From: Candidatus Marinacidobacterales bacterium
GTDB lineage: Bacteria > Acidobacteriota > Vicinamibacteria > Marinacidobacterales > SMYC01
Length of the DNA: 64,000 nucleotides
Direction: 5' to 3'
Assembly (NCBI GenBank): GCA_965237955.1
Contig: OZ250169.1
Coordinates: 3,072,001 to 3,136,000, forward strand
Positions 10,717-19,976 of this stretch are shown in pieces. Below the pieces are notes generated by a model. The model was not told the DNA's origin and searched no databases. It saw only the letters and a list, made by a program, of their open reading frames with translations. The translations under genes and the position numbers were made by a program. Position 1 is the stretch's first letter. Every line of letters starts with the position of its first letter.

Positions 10717-12471
10717 CTATCCCTCTCCGTTTCTACCAAGGACTGTTCGTTCTTCATTTGAAAGGCGGTAGAGCTTGAAGGCTGCTGCATTGCACGCCAG
10801 CGTATCTCCACGTTTTGCTGCCGCAGTTAGCACTGTCTTAATCTCGGGAGGCACATCCTTCCAGCGCGGCAGGCGAATACGCCGGAGATACTGCGCCTGA
10901 AAGCGTAGATAACCGCCGCGCATCTGGGTTGAATAGATAGAGACAAACAGCCGGGCGACCCCGGATCGCAGGACTGCTTGTAGCGCTATCAAATCCCACT
11001 CATCGGACGTTATGAAATAGAGATTGTGGTGCGGGTAGAGCTGGCCGTTTTCATAGACGATATGGGCCTCACCCTTGATATCCGGGATGAGCAGCTTCGG
11101 TTTCTTCGCAAGAGTCGGATAAATCCGGTCAATGGTTCGATACCAATTTGCTGGAACCTTTTGGGCGATGTGGCGCTTGGCAATCTGGTCTTTGCGCGCT
11201 TCCAGATAACGTCTAAGCCTAGGATATTGGTCGAGCTTGACAAGTCCGTCTTCATCGTCAAACGGATTGACGATACCAAGGCCACGCCAATTGACCTCAC
11301 CGCTCAAGATATCGCGTGTCATAGCAAGGGGCAGTTTGCGATCTAGCTCTACGTCAAGCTCGTCATAGGGGCCGATAAAGGCCTTGTCTGCACCGGTCGC
11401 AACGCCGATGCCAACCTTGCATCCCGCGTCTTCAATGAGAGGAAAGTCGCGTTCAAAGCGGCGCACCAGAGCCAATTGTTCCAGAGATTCTAGTATCCAC
11501 GGTTCCGCACCCATCGCCACACCGGCAAGTTCTTTCACGAGGCTGTCTGGTTTGGGGGGTTGGATTGCCAGGAGTTCGCGGGTTAGGGCGCGCAGCACTT
11601 TTCTGGTGATCTCCGGTCGTCGGGCAATCCGGGTCTTACCAGGCTTTTCCCTGCCGATGATGGTGATGGCGGGATACGCGATCACGTTTTCATGGAAGGC
11701 CGGAGTATTCACCATGTCCACATAGGCTCTCAAATGAAAGCGCTCTGCAACCATCTGGCGTAACTGCCTGCCGTAACGGTTCTTCACCCAGCGGTCAGCA
11801 CAGATGAAACCGAGCACACCGCCTTTCGAGAGAAGGCTGAGCGAGCGCTCGATAAAGGGGATATATAGATCGGCCCGGTCAAAGATCGTGGTGTAGCGCG
11901 AGCGATATTCAGCAATCAGAGCGTCCGGAATTAGTTCCTGCCGAACATATGGGGGATTGCCGACGACATGATCGAATCTGCCCAGCAGCGGTGCCTGCAG
12001 GAAATCACCGCATATGAGCCAAGTCCCTGCAAGCTGCTCGGCGGTCTTAGGAGCAATCCCCTCTTGTGTGAGAAGGGCAATGACCTTCAGGCGCGTTGCG
12101 ACGTAAGAAGCCTTGTGCAGTTCCACCGCGCGAATGCTGTCCTTCAAGCTATCAAATACGTCATGCCTGCCGTCATGTCGTATCCACGCCTTGAGTAGGC
12201 GCTCGACAACGATGAGCAGAAAATCACCTTCTCCGAAAGACGGTTCTAGAATGCGGCGTTTGTATAAAGCCCTGTCGTGCGTGTAGCACAGCAGGTCGAG
12301 GATGAATTCGACGACCTCGGGCCGGGTGAAGATCGCCCCCCTTTCCTCAATGCCGGCAGCGGCGAGACCCTCCAACGCATCTTCAACCGGACACATGCCG
12401 GGCAACGAACCTTGGTGAAGATGTTGTTGAACTGGTTCAATCATTTCTGGAAGCGCCCTGCGCAACGCCAA
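10717..12471 (-). CDS. N6-adenine DNA methyltransferase (M.PaeR7I/M.XhoI-like, gamma class)
   Basis: [17 protein letters not shown] (motif I), VVGNPPYVR (motif IV), TaqI-C-like region KLLIPDIKG; true start may be ATG at 12444. Confidence 0.9.
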   Translation of the reverse strand: MALRRALPEMIEPVQQHLHQGSLPGMCPVEDALEGLAAAGIEERGAIFTRPEVVEFILDLLCYTHDRALYKRRILEPSFGEGDFLLIVVERLLKAWIRHDGRHDVFDSLKDSIRAVELHKASYVATRLKVIALLTQEGIAPKTAEQLAGTWLICGDFLQAPLLGRFDHVVGNPPYVRQELIPDALIAEYRSRYTTIFDRADLYIPFIERSLSLLSKGGVLGFICADRWVKNRYGRQLRQMVAERFHLRAYVDMVNTPAFHENVIAYPAITIIGREKPGKTRIARRPEITRKVLRALTRELLAIQPPKPDSLVKELAGVAMGAEPWILESLEQLALVRRFERDFPLIEDAGCKVGIGVATGADKAFIGPYDELDVELDRKLPLAMTRDILSGEVNWRGLGIVNPFDDEDGLVKLDQYPRLRRYLEARKDQIAKRHIAQKVPANWYRTIDRIYPTLAKKPKLLIPDIKGEAHIVYENGQLYPHHNLYFITSDEWDLIALQAVLRSGVARLFVSIYSTQMRGGYLRFQAQYLRRIRLPRWKDVPPEIKTVLTAAAKRGDTLACNAAAFKLYRLSNEERTVLGRNGEG

Positions 12472-12550
12472 GGCATCGCTCAGACTCTTTTTGCGACATC
12501 AATAGTCTTTGGCTCTACTTTCTTCCCTGCGACACTTATCCAGCGGCTTT

Positions 12551-12640
12551 TGAACCGCCCCGGTTTTCTCGGAGACTGTTTTAGTTGACTCCCGCCTCCA
12601 CGACGCCGGCCGCCTGATTCCGATAGTACATCTGCTCGAA
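12551..12640 (-). mobile_element. IS3-family right-end remnant
   Basis: Terminus TGAACCGCCCCGGTTTTCTCGGAGACT, related to the end at ~20810-20835. Confidence 0.6.
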
Positions 12641-12729
12641 CCCCCGGACCTTTCGATCAACGGTTTTCAAGACCGCCGCCTTAGACCGCTCGACCATCCC
12701 TCCGCACCCTCATCATTGTAGCAAAGAAT

Positions 12730-13814
12730 GGCGTTGTTGCACCGCTCTGGCTGAGAGCGAAATCCGCCTATGGTGGTGGCCGAGGTATGTTCGAGCATGA
12801 AGTATCCCAAGCGCTGCCAGTACAAGCACGCGAAGCAGAAGAAGTACCACGTTCGCAACTGGGCGGAATACAACGAAGGGCTGCGCCGCCGGGGCGATTT
12901 GACAGTCTGGTTTGACGAGGAGGCAATCGCGAACTGGAAGGCCGACAAGACCGGTAAGCCTGGCGGTCAACGGGTCTATTCAGACATGGCGATTGAAACG
13001 GGCCTGGTTGTCCGGATGGTGTACAAGCTCGCCTACCGACAAACCGAAGGCTTCTTGCACTCGATCGCCTCGCTTCTCGGACTCGGTATCGAGATCCCGG
13101 ACTACTCGACGTTGTGTCGGCGCTCGAGGTTGCTCCGCAAGAAGCTGCGGATTCCGAAAGCCGCGAGCACTCAACCCATCCACCTGATGATCGATAGCAC
13201 GGGCTTGAGGATTCATGTTGGAAACGCTCGCAAACCGCCAAAGCAGCGCGCATGGCGCAAGTTGCACATCGCCGTTGATCGCGAGACAGGGAACATTGTT
13301 GCGTCCAAACTGACGGCGTCACGAGCTCGCGACGCAACCCGAGTCCCCGCTTTGCTAACACAGATTCAAGCACCTCTAGTGTCGGTGGCGGCGGACAGTG
13401 CATACGACAAGGAAGCGGTCTACGAAGCCATCGAAGCGCACAGTCCTGGACGAAGGACGCGCGTGGTGATTCCGCCGCAACGAAACGCGACGCTCAGTCA
13501 GAATTCGAACACCGCCATGCAGGAGCGCGATCGCCATATTCGTGCAATCGAAAGACACGGCCGACGTGAATGGTACAAGCTCTCAGGCTACACCAAGCGA
13601 AGCATGGTGGAGAACGCGGTCTATCGTTACAAGGCGATCATCGGGCCGGAGATGCGGGCTCGAACGTTGGCGAGGCAACGAGTTGAACACCGAATTGGGT
13701 GCGAGATACTCAACAAGATGGCTGCGCTCGGGATGCCCGATACGTACTGCGCCGGGTGACTCTGCAACCGGCACAGGGAGGTCAGCGATTTGCTCCGGGC
13801 CGTGCAACAACGCC
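12730..13814 (+). mobile_element. IS5 family, IS903 group, copy 2
   Basis: Near-identical to 6729-7812 with the same IRs. Confidence 0.9.
12797..13759 (+). CDS. IS903-group DDE transposase
   Basis: Differs from copy 1 by two visible residues (ASE/ASK, RIE/RVE). Confidence 0.92.
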   Translation: MKYPKRCQYKHAKQKKYHVRNWAEYNEGLRRRGDLTVWFDEEAIANWKADKTGKPGGQRVYSDMAIETGLVVRMVYKLAYRQTEGFLHSIASLLGLGIEIPDYSTLCRRSRLLRKKLRIPKAASTQPIHLMIDSTGLRIHVGNARKPPKQRAWRKLHIAVDRETGNIVASKLTASRARDATRVPALLTQIQAPLVSVAADSAYDKEAVYEAIEAHSPGRRTRVVIPPQRNATLSQNSNTAMQERDRHIRAIERHGRREWYKLSGYTKRSMVENAVYRYKAIIGPEMRARTLARQRVEHRIGCEILNKMAALGMPDTYCAG

Positions 13815-13939
13815 GACCGAGATCGCGAGTTGTGCACCAAGGCCTCGATAATCCCCCTTAGCCTCGATGGCGACGACCCATGCTTACTTCGTACAATACG
13901 TGCCTTGCTGTCTCGATGACTCAAAAAGGAGGATGACCC

Positions 13940-14287
13940 TTGACGATAGAGCGTCACGAAGTAGGACCCCGTATGAGCCAGTGCGTCGTTCACAACGACA
14001 CTGTCTATCTCGCCGGCCAGATCGATCGCGCTGGCTCGCCGACGGTCGGAGAGCAGACGAAGCGCATTCTGGAGGGCATCGATCGACTGCTGGCGACCGC
14101 CGGCACCGACAAGTCAAAACTGCTGACCGCCACGATTTGGCTTTCCGACATCCGGTTTTTCTCGGAAATGAACGAGGTATGGGACGCGTGGGTGAGCCCC
14201 GGCAATACGCCAGCACGCGCCTGTATCGAGGCCAAGCTCGCAAGGACGAAGTTTCTCGTCGAGATAGGCGTCACGGCGGGGCGCTAG
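13940..14287 (+). CDS. RidA/YjgF-family protein (YoaB-like)
   Basis: RBS AGGAGG; RMSQCVVH, VYLAGQ, MNEVWDAW, PARAC, VEI motifs. Confidence 0.9.
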   Translation: MTIERHEVGPRMSQCVVHNDTVYLAGQIDRAGSPTVGEQTKRILEGIDRLLATAGTDKSKLLTATIWLSDIRFFSEMNEVWDAWVSPGNTPARACIEAKLARTKFLVEIGVTAGR

Positions 14288-14456
14288 TGTCCCGGCTTTC
14301 CAGAGGGGAGAAGTTCCTCGGTGCCGAAGTGGATCGCGGCGAAGCTCACGACGGAGCCTTCGTCGATGTTCCACTGCCCGTAGTGGCGCAGCTCGCCTTT
14401 CAGATCCTTCAGCGAAGGCACTGGCTCGAGAGAGCGGAGGAACGTATAGAGGGGCG

Positions 14457-15653
14457 GGTGCTTCCGCCATGAAGTGTTGGTGGCTGCCGCGTAACCCGTT
14501 CGCGTGCTAGAGTTTGAACCAGAATTCTGAAGACACAGTTCTCTCATCGTCAGGGCCGAGCCGAAGTGAAGAATAGCAGATGTCTCAATCCCGCATGTCC
14601 GTTGCGGGGCAAAGTCAGTTCCGGAAACATCGTTCGCCACGGATTCTACCGAACCAGGTCCGGGAAACGCCGTCGATACCGGTGCGGCGAGTGCGGAAAG
14701 ACGTTCTCCTCGACGAAAGGCACGCCCTACTACCGTCTCCAACATCGAAGAGCTACTTTCGATGGGGTCATCGCTCTCAGAGTCGAGGGTGTCAGCATTT
14801 CCTCGATTTCCCGGACCGAAGGGCTTGCCTGGAACACCGTCGCCCGCTGGCTCGAGAAGGCAGCCCAAGTGTGTCGTCGATTCAACCACACAAGGATCGC
14901 TGGCTTCGCTGCCGAAGAGCTTCAAGCCGACGAGATTCGCACGTTCGCGGGCGACAAGAAGACGCCGAGTTGGGTCTTCGTTACGATCGAGGTCTGGTCT
15001 CGGCTCTGGCCATCGACGGTGACGGGAAGGCGAAGCTACCGGAACACTCACGCTCTGTTTCACGACCTTTCGCGGCGGATGAATTTCGAGCGTCTTCCCT
15101 TGATCGTTACGGATGGATTCGAATTCTACCAGAAGGTCATCCGTCGCTTCTTCGGGCCAGCGTGTCTCTACGGCCAAGTCCTCAAAACTCGCAGGAACGA
15201 TCGTATCATCAAGGTCGAACGGAGAGCGCTGCACGGAGCCGCGTGGCGATTCGAAGACGCGCTCAATAACTCCGAGGACTCTTCGACATTGAACACGTCG
15301 TTCATCGAGCGGTTGAATCTGACCATCCGGCAAAGCTCGGCATACCTTTCGAGACGAACGCTTTCCCACGCTCGCTCGACGGAGAGGCTCGATGAGCACC
15401 TGGAGTTGCTCCGTTGCTATTACAACTTCGTCCGACCGCACGGAGCTCTGAAGTTCGGACGTGAGATCCGAACTCCGGCTATGCAGGCTGGTCTGACGAC
15501 GCGACGGCTCACCTTTCGAGACATCTTCTTGGCGACAACGATTCCTTTGTGGTTGCGGATCGAGGTTTTCCTGCTCACTAGGGCGCGCAACCCGGTCTCT
15601 TCCGCACCTGTACCACTGCCCGCAGCCGCGTAGCACTTGATGGCGGAAGCACC
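14457..15653 (+). mobile_element. IS1-family element, single ORF
   Basis: IRs GGTGCTTCCGCCATGAAGTG ... CACTTGATGGCGGAAGCACC. Confidence 0.85.
14566..15633 (+). CDS. IS1-family transposase
   Basis: Zn finger CxxxxC...CxxC, HTH, LQADE, IVTDG, TSFIERLNLTIRQ, YYNFVRPH, TPAM. Confidence 0.88.
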   Translation: MKNSRCLNPACPLRGKVSSGNIVRHGFYRTRSGKRRRYRCGECGKTFSSTKGTPYYRLQHRRATFDGVIALRVEGVSISSISRTEGLAWNTVARWLEKAAQVCRRFNHTRIAGFAAEELQADEIRTFAGDKKTPSWVFVTIEVWSRLWPSTVTGRRSYRNTHALFHDLSRRMNFERLPLIVTDGFEFYQKVIRRFFGPACLYGQVLKTRRNDRIIKVERRALHGAAWRFEDALNNSEDSSTLNTSFIERLNLTIRQSSAYLSRRTLSHARSTERLDEHLELLRCYYNFVRPHGALKFGREIRTPAMQAGLTTRRLTFRDIFLATTIPLWLRIEVFLLTRARNPVSSAPVPLPAAA

Positions 15654-15771
15654 CAACGACGCGCCTACGGCTATCGCGACGAGGAATATCTCAAGCTGAA
15701 GATCGTGGCGGCTTTCCTTCCGCCATTACCCAGAAATGCAGTTTTCAACCCACACGAATCCGCGTAGACCC
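15654..15771 (+). mobile_element. ISL3-family 3' remnant
   Basis: QRRAYGYRDEEYLKLKI C-terminal motif; terminus GAATCCGCGTAGACCC. Confidence 0.7.
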
Positions 15772-15860
15772 TCTTTTTTCGGATCACAGGCGGATTACAC
15801 GGACACGAACGGGACGCCGACCAGTAGTTCTCCGCTCAATCTTAATCTCAATCAGACCCT

Positions 15861-16814
15861 CTAGAAAAGGTACTTTAAGTTCAAGCCGACGCCGAACATT
15901 TGGATGTCGCCGACCTCAAGGCCGCCCGACACAGGCTCGCTGCCATCCCTGCGAAGATTGGGCGGGTGGCTGCGCAGTGGATCCCAGACAATACTGTCGT
16001 CGTTTCGAAAAGAATGAAAGTTAACCCAGCGTCCCTTAACCCCGAGCAGTAATGCCTCCGTGAGCGCGTAGTCCACACCAAATAATACCTGGTAGCCGAA
16101 CAGCGTATCGCTGAGCACGGTCTGTGCGCTGCTAGTCGATCCGGCAAGGGTCTGACGGATCTGCTCCACATTGTCTAGCCCCTCCCCGGTCGTGATCGCA
16201 TTCACATCAAGGTTCCTCTGCCACAGGGAACCATAATCCATATTGGTAAACCCGGTGCCCACACCAACCCCAACATACGGCGTAAGCCGGCTAGCGTTCT
16301 TAAAATCGAAATACAGGTTGGCAAACAAGTTGTGCGAGGTAAGGCTGCCGATGCGGTCTGTGGCTACCTGGAGTTCCTGGGCGAGCTTGTCACCGGAGGC
16401 TCCAGTGGCCCCGGGAATATCGGAAGTTTGGTCATGGCCGGTGTCACGGTAGAAGTATTCCAGTTCAAAACGGAAGGAGTTATCCGCGAAGCGATAGCCG
16501 AGCGCCATACCGAACAGAGGGCCCTTGGCGGAATCGAATGCGTTTTGCCAAGCGTCACCCTGACCGCGATTTGCGCCGGTGCAGTTGTAGTTCTCGTACC
16601 CCAGAGTGCCCATGACTGTATCGAACGCAGGGTTGATGTATTCGTCACACACACTCGCCCGGTCGTTGCTGAATCCGACCATATCCAACGACGAGCCGAA
16701 ATTCGCTCCCCACTCGCTGCCGAAATAGAACCCCGATTGGGCGTGCGCCGGGGCGCCTATCCAGAATGTAATGAAGATAACTATCAAAATTACAGACTGG
16801 AAAAACTTGTTCAT
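15861..16814 (-). CDS. Outer-membrane beta-barrel protein (opacity/OmpA-like 8-strand type with long loops), copy 1
   Basis: Signal peptide ending AHA; GFYFG, RFELEY, NLYFDF, TPYVGVGVG, FGYQ, C-terminal LKYLF. Confidence 0.85.
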   Translation of the reverse strand: MNKFFQSVILIVIFITFWIGAPAHAQSGFYFGSEWGANFGSSLDMVGFSNDRASVCDEYINPAFDTVMGTLGYENYNCTGANRGQGDAWQNAFDSAKGPLFGMALGYRFADNSFRFELEYFYRDTGHDQTSDIPGATGASGDKLAQELQVATDRIGSLTSHNLFANLYFDFKNASRLTPYVGVGVGTGFTNMDYGSLWQRNLDVNAITTGEGLDNVEQIRQTLAGSTSSAQTVLSDTLFGYQVLFGVDYALTEALLLGVKGRWVNFHSFRNDDSIVWDPLRSHPPNLRRDGSEPVSGGLEVGDIQMFGVGLNLKYLF

Positions 16815-17223
16815 GAAGTCCCTCTCACTTTTGTCGAAATACTCATGCGTACATTGTACCGCGCCCGGTGATCCGCTCCGGGTTTTCCGGAGGCTCTATT
16901 TCTTGAGAGGATGGGAGTCATTATGGGAAAATCAACGCGATATTCTTCAGAAGTTCGTGAGCGTGCCGTCGGGATGGTGTTGGAGCATCGGGACGAGTAC
17001 GAATCGCAATGGGCGTCGCTGACGTCGATTGCCTCGAAGACCGGGTATGCAAGCGGCTTATTCTCAGCTTGTCTGCCAGGGCTGCCTTCGTCAATCCCTC
17101 CTGCAAATGCTCTCGCAGCAACACTCGTTTCTCCCTCCCGTACATGGGTCGCCTCCGCTCTTGAGGGACTACTTTGTCTGAAGGGCCGCGGTCCTCGTGA
17201 GATCAAAATACTCATGCGCCTTC

Positions 17224-17426
17224 TGTCCAAAAACACAAACGAACTCAAGACTGGCGCGCCGGGACGTTTCGGATCAGAGACGTCTGAGGCTTGGTTGGCC
17301 AATGGAAGCTAGAATCCTCGGTCATGAGGAGGCAGAGCCAGCCCTGAACCTTGTTGGTCGTCGCCATCGCTGGCTGGCTCCAGCGTGACCAACAGGCCGC
17401 TATCGTTTGTGTTTTTGGACACGACG
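17224..17426. mobile_element. ~200-bp MITE derived from the rve IS left end
   Basis: TGTCCAAAAACACAAACGA ... TCGTTTGTGTTTTTGGACA(CGACG); interior matches 777-955; copy at 63330-63532. Confidence 0.8.
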
Positions 17427-17674
17427 GGAAGCGACGCCTCCTCGCCCGACTTCGAGCGAACTCGAGGTCGCGACACTTGGATGCGACGACCACCGAAGCT
17501 CAGCTCTCCGTTCGTGCTCCCCCAGTGGTTATGAGTTCGCTCCTTCTCGTGCTTGCCCTTGAGCCCCGCGATCTCCTCGGCGTCCTCTCTGAGCAGTAGG
17601 TGCAGAGCTGTCAGTCCTTGCTCGTACACCCATTCCGTCAGATCCGCCTTCGTGGCCGCGATCCCAGCTATCAT
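17427..17674 (-). pseudogene. IS256-family transposase N-terminal remnant
   Basis: EEIAG.KGKH...HWGST.GELSFGGRRIQVSRPRVRS motif. Confidence 0.7.
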
Positions 17675-17709
17675 CGGTAGCAGTATCTGACCGACTTGGC
17701 CAACTACCT

Positions 17710-17876
17710 TGCCCGTAGGCGTTTCCGCCGAAGGCGACGCAGGCTACGGCGTCGTCACGCTCGACCTGGAACTCACGCTTGAGGTAAATGAGCGCGAAGT
17801 AGTCATTCCGGACGCCCCCGCACGTCGCCTTCAGGTCGGAGTACGCCTGGTCGATCATTTGGTCGGCAATCGCCAT
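17710..17876 (-). pseudogene. AIPR-family protein N-terminal remnant
   Basis: RBS GAGG; MAIADQMIDQAY...RNDYFALIYL...VAFGGN(A)YG resembles AIPR N-termini; truncated. Confidence 0.5.
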
Positions 17877-17970
17877 TTACCTTTGCCTCGCGTTACACGT
17901 TGGAAGTGGCCGGCTGCACCGAGACGACTGACAGTTCGGCAATGATTTTCACATTGCCCTCACACTCGGG

Positions 17971-18066
17971 TTGTGATCCGCAAAAAAGAAAACCGGCCAG
18001 AAGCAGCCGACTATGGTAGGCCTAACCCGCGTAATCAACGCCGGATTGACTTTTTGCGGAGCACAA
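17971..18066. mobile_element. ~96-bp MITE
   Basis: IRs TTGTGATCCGCAAAAA / TTTTTGCGGAGCACAA; reverse copies at 30657-30752 and 45846-45943; partial ends at ~8374, ~15775, ~36662, ~44905. Confidence 0.8.
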
Positions 18067-18091
18067 CCCCCGCCGTCGCTCCACCGTCTCC

Positions 18092-18472
18092 TCAAGACTG
18101 GAATCCGATAAGCAAGAGGAACGCGGCATCTTCCGCGGCCGAAACCCGGTGCTTTTTGCCTTGTCCGATGAATAGCGTCCGGCCCGAGCCCAGCGTGAGA
18201 GATTGACGGTTCTCGAGTCCCTCGACAGTGACCGCCCCGGTGACCGGCACGATGACGACGGGGCCAGGCGCCACGTGTTCGTGAATCTCTCCACCTGCCC
18301 GGACGGCGGTGAGTACGGCCGTCATTCCTTTACCCTTCGCCAGCGTGCGCGCCGAGCGGCCGTTGCGGGCGAGCTCTTCGGAGCCCAGCAAGTCGCGAGC
18401 GATCGCCGCCACGTCAAGAGATTCGAGCGTGATGGCTCCGAAGTCGAGCGGTGCGTCCCGTTGCGTGGCCAT
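18092..18472 (-). CDS. Cupin-domain protein
   Basis: EIHEHVAPG and HRVSA cupin motifs. Confidence 0.8.
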   Translation of the reverse strand: MATQRDAPLDFGAITLESLDVAAIARDLLGSEELARNGRSARTLAKGKGMTAVLTAVRAGGEIHEHVAPGPVVIVPVTGAVTVEGLENRQSLTLGSGRTLFIGQGKKHRVSAAEDAAFLLLIGFQS

Positions 18473-18717
18473 TGCTTTACTCCATTCTCGAGGAAGTACC
18501 AGACCCGTGTTTAGGGAATGGCCTCAATCCTTGCGTTCTTCCTGGCTGCGGCTGCCTTGCGTCTTTGCTGCGTGATCTTCCAGTCCATCCCCGTATCGCT
18601 GTCGCGAAGACCTTTTGGTGCTTACGCCATCAAGTGATGGAATGGACTCCTCCGCTGACATAGACGGCATCGATGTGCCAAAGTCAGTCGAATACGCATC
18701 GAAAAGGAGGAGTCCGA

Positions 18718-19749
18718 ATGAAAGATACGACGATCGCTGTGGATCTTGCAAAGAACGTCTTCGAGATTGCCATCTCGGGAGAAGCGGGGAAGGTGTCCAA
18801 GCAACTCCGTGTGAGTCGACCCAAGTTGGTGTCGTTTTTTGCCAAACAGAGCGCTGCCACCGTGCTTCTCGAAGCCTGCGGCTCTGCTCACTTCTGGGCA
18901 AGGACGTTCCGAAGGTTGGGACACGACGTCGTCCTGCTCCCACCTCACCTCGTGAGGCCCTATCGACGCGGGAGCAAGAACGACCGCGCCGACGCCAAAG
19001 AGTTGCTCGAGGCCTACAGGAACGAGGAGATTCTTCCCGTGCCCATTAAGTCCGTGCACCAGCACAGCCTCGCCGCGCTCCATCGCCTGCGCTCAGGATG
19101 GCTCTCCACACGGACCGCACGCATCAATGCCGTACGCGGGATCCTGCGCGAACTCGGATTCATCATCCCAAAGGGCGCTCACTTCGTCGTGCCCGCCCTC
19201 TTCGAACTCGTCGAAGACGCTGATTCTGATTTGCCCGACGTGCTCCGTTCGCATCTCCGTGATGCCTGCTCCGAGATTCGAGAACTCAAGGACAAGTGCG
19301 CTGGCATCGAGCACGAGCTCAAGGCGCTCACCAAGCAGCTTCCTGAAGTCCAACGACTTCTCGCCATTCCCGGCATCGGACTTCTGACCGCGACCGCCAT
19401 CGTGGGCTTCGTCGGCGATCTTCGCCGCTTCCCATCGGGGCGCCGCTTCTCGAGCTACCTCGGCCTAGTTCCCAAGGAAAACTCCAGTGGCGACATTCGC
19501 CGCCTCGGACGCATCACCAAGCGTGGCGACTCCTACCTCCGTATGCTCCTCACCCAGGGCGGGCGCGCCGTGCTCCGCGCGGCGAACGTCAGTAAGAGCC
19601 CGCCCGACAAGCTCCGCGCCTGGGCTCGGAAGGTCCACCGCTCGCGGGGACACAACAAGGCCGTGATTGCTGTCGCCAACAAACTCGCCCGGATCGTCTG
19701 GGCCGTCTCCACCCGCGAGAGTGAATTCCAGTCGCCGATGGCCGCTTAG
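18718..19749 (+). CDS. IS110/IS1111 DEDD transposase (bridge recombinase)
   Basis: RBS AGGAGG; AVDLAK, LEACG, KNDRADA (D-E-D-D), IPGIG, YLGLVP..NSSG (catalytic Ser), GDSYLR, VANKLAR. Confidence 0.93.
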   Translation: MKDTTIAVDLAKNVFEIAISGEAGKVSKQLRVSRPKLVSFFAKQSAATVLLEACGSAHFWARTFRRLGHDVVLLPPHLVRPYRRGSKNDRADAKELLEAYRNEEILPVPIKSVHQHSLAALHRLRSGWLSTRTARINAVRGILRELGFIIPKGAHFVVPALFELVEDADSDLPDVLRSHLRDACSEIRELKDKCAGIEHELKALTKQLPEVQRLLAIPGIGLLTATAIVGFVGDLRRFPSGRRFSSYLGLVPKENSSGDIRRLGRITKRGDSYLRMLLTQGGRAVLRAANVSKSPPDKLRAWARKVHRSRGHNKAVIAVANKLARIVWAVSTRESEFQSPMAA

Positions 19750-19794
19750 ACTTAGAGGCTCCACTTTCGTGTTTTCCTTTTTCCCTTCCAAAAG

Positions 19795-19976
19795 AGGCTG
19801 CGACGATACCCATCCAACTGATGGCGTACCGGTCGGACCGGCGCGGGGTCAAGCCGATAGCAACACTGGCCCTAAGAGGTCGTTCAAAGTGATTGGCTCC
19901 TCGCGCGCGGATTTTCCATCATGGCCCGGAGCACCCAAGACGCTCCTCACTGAGGCCGAAGATACGTTTGCAGTCT
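19795..19976 (+). ncRNA. Predicted bridge RNA / seekRNA
   Basis: Two stem-bounded loops carrying segments that match the target (TAGCAACACT 19858-67; AAGTG 19887-91) and the circle junction (TTCCATCAT 19914-22; AGATAcG 19960-66). Transcript ends are approximate. Confidence 0.8.

Larger units (their letters stand above)
15814..17426. repeat. 1.6-kb segmental duplication (other copy 61920-63532)
   Basis: Colinear and near-identical, offset 46106; contains the OMP gene, IS3 and IS21 scraps and an rve-derived MITE. Confidence 0.92.
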
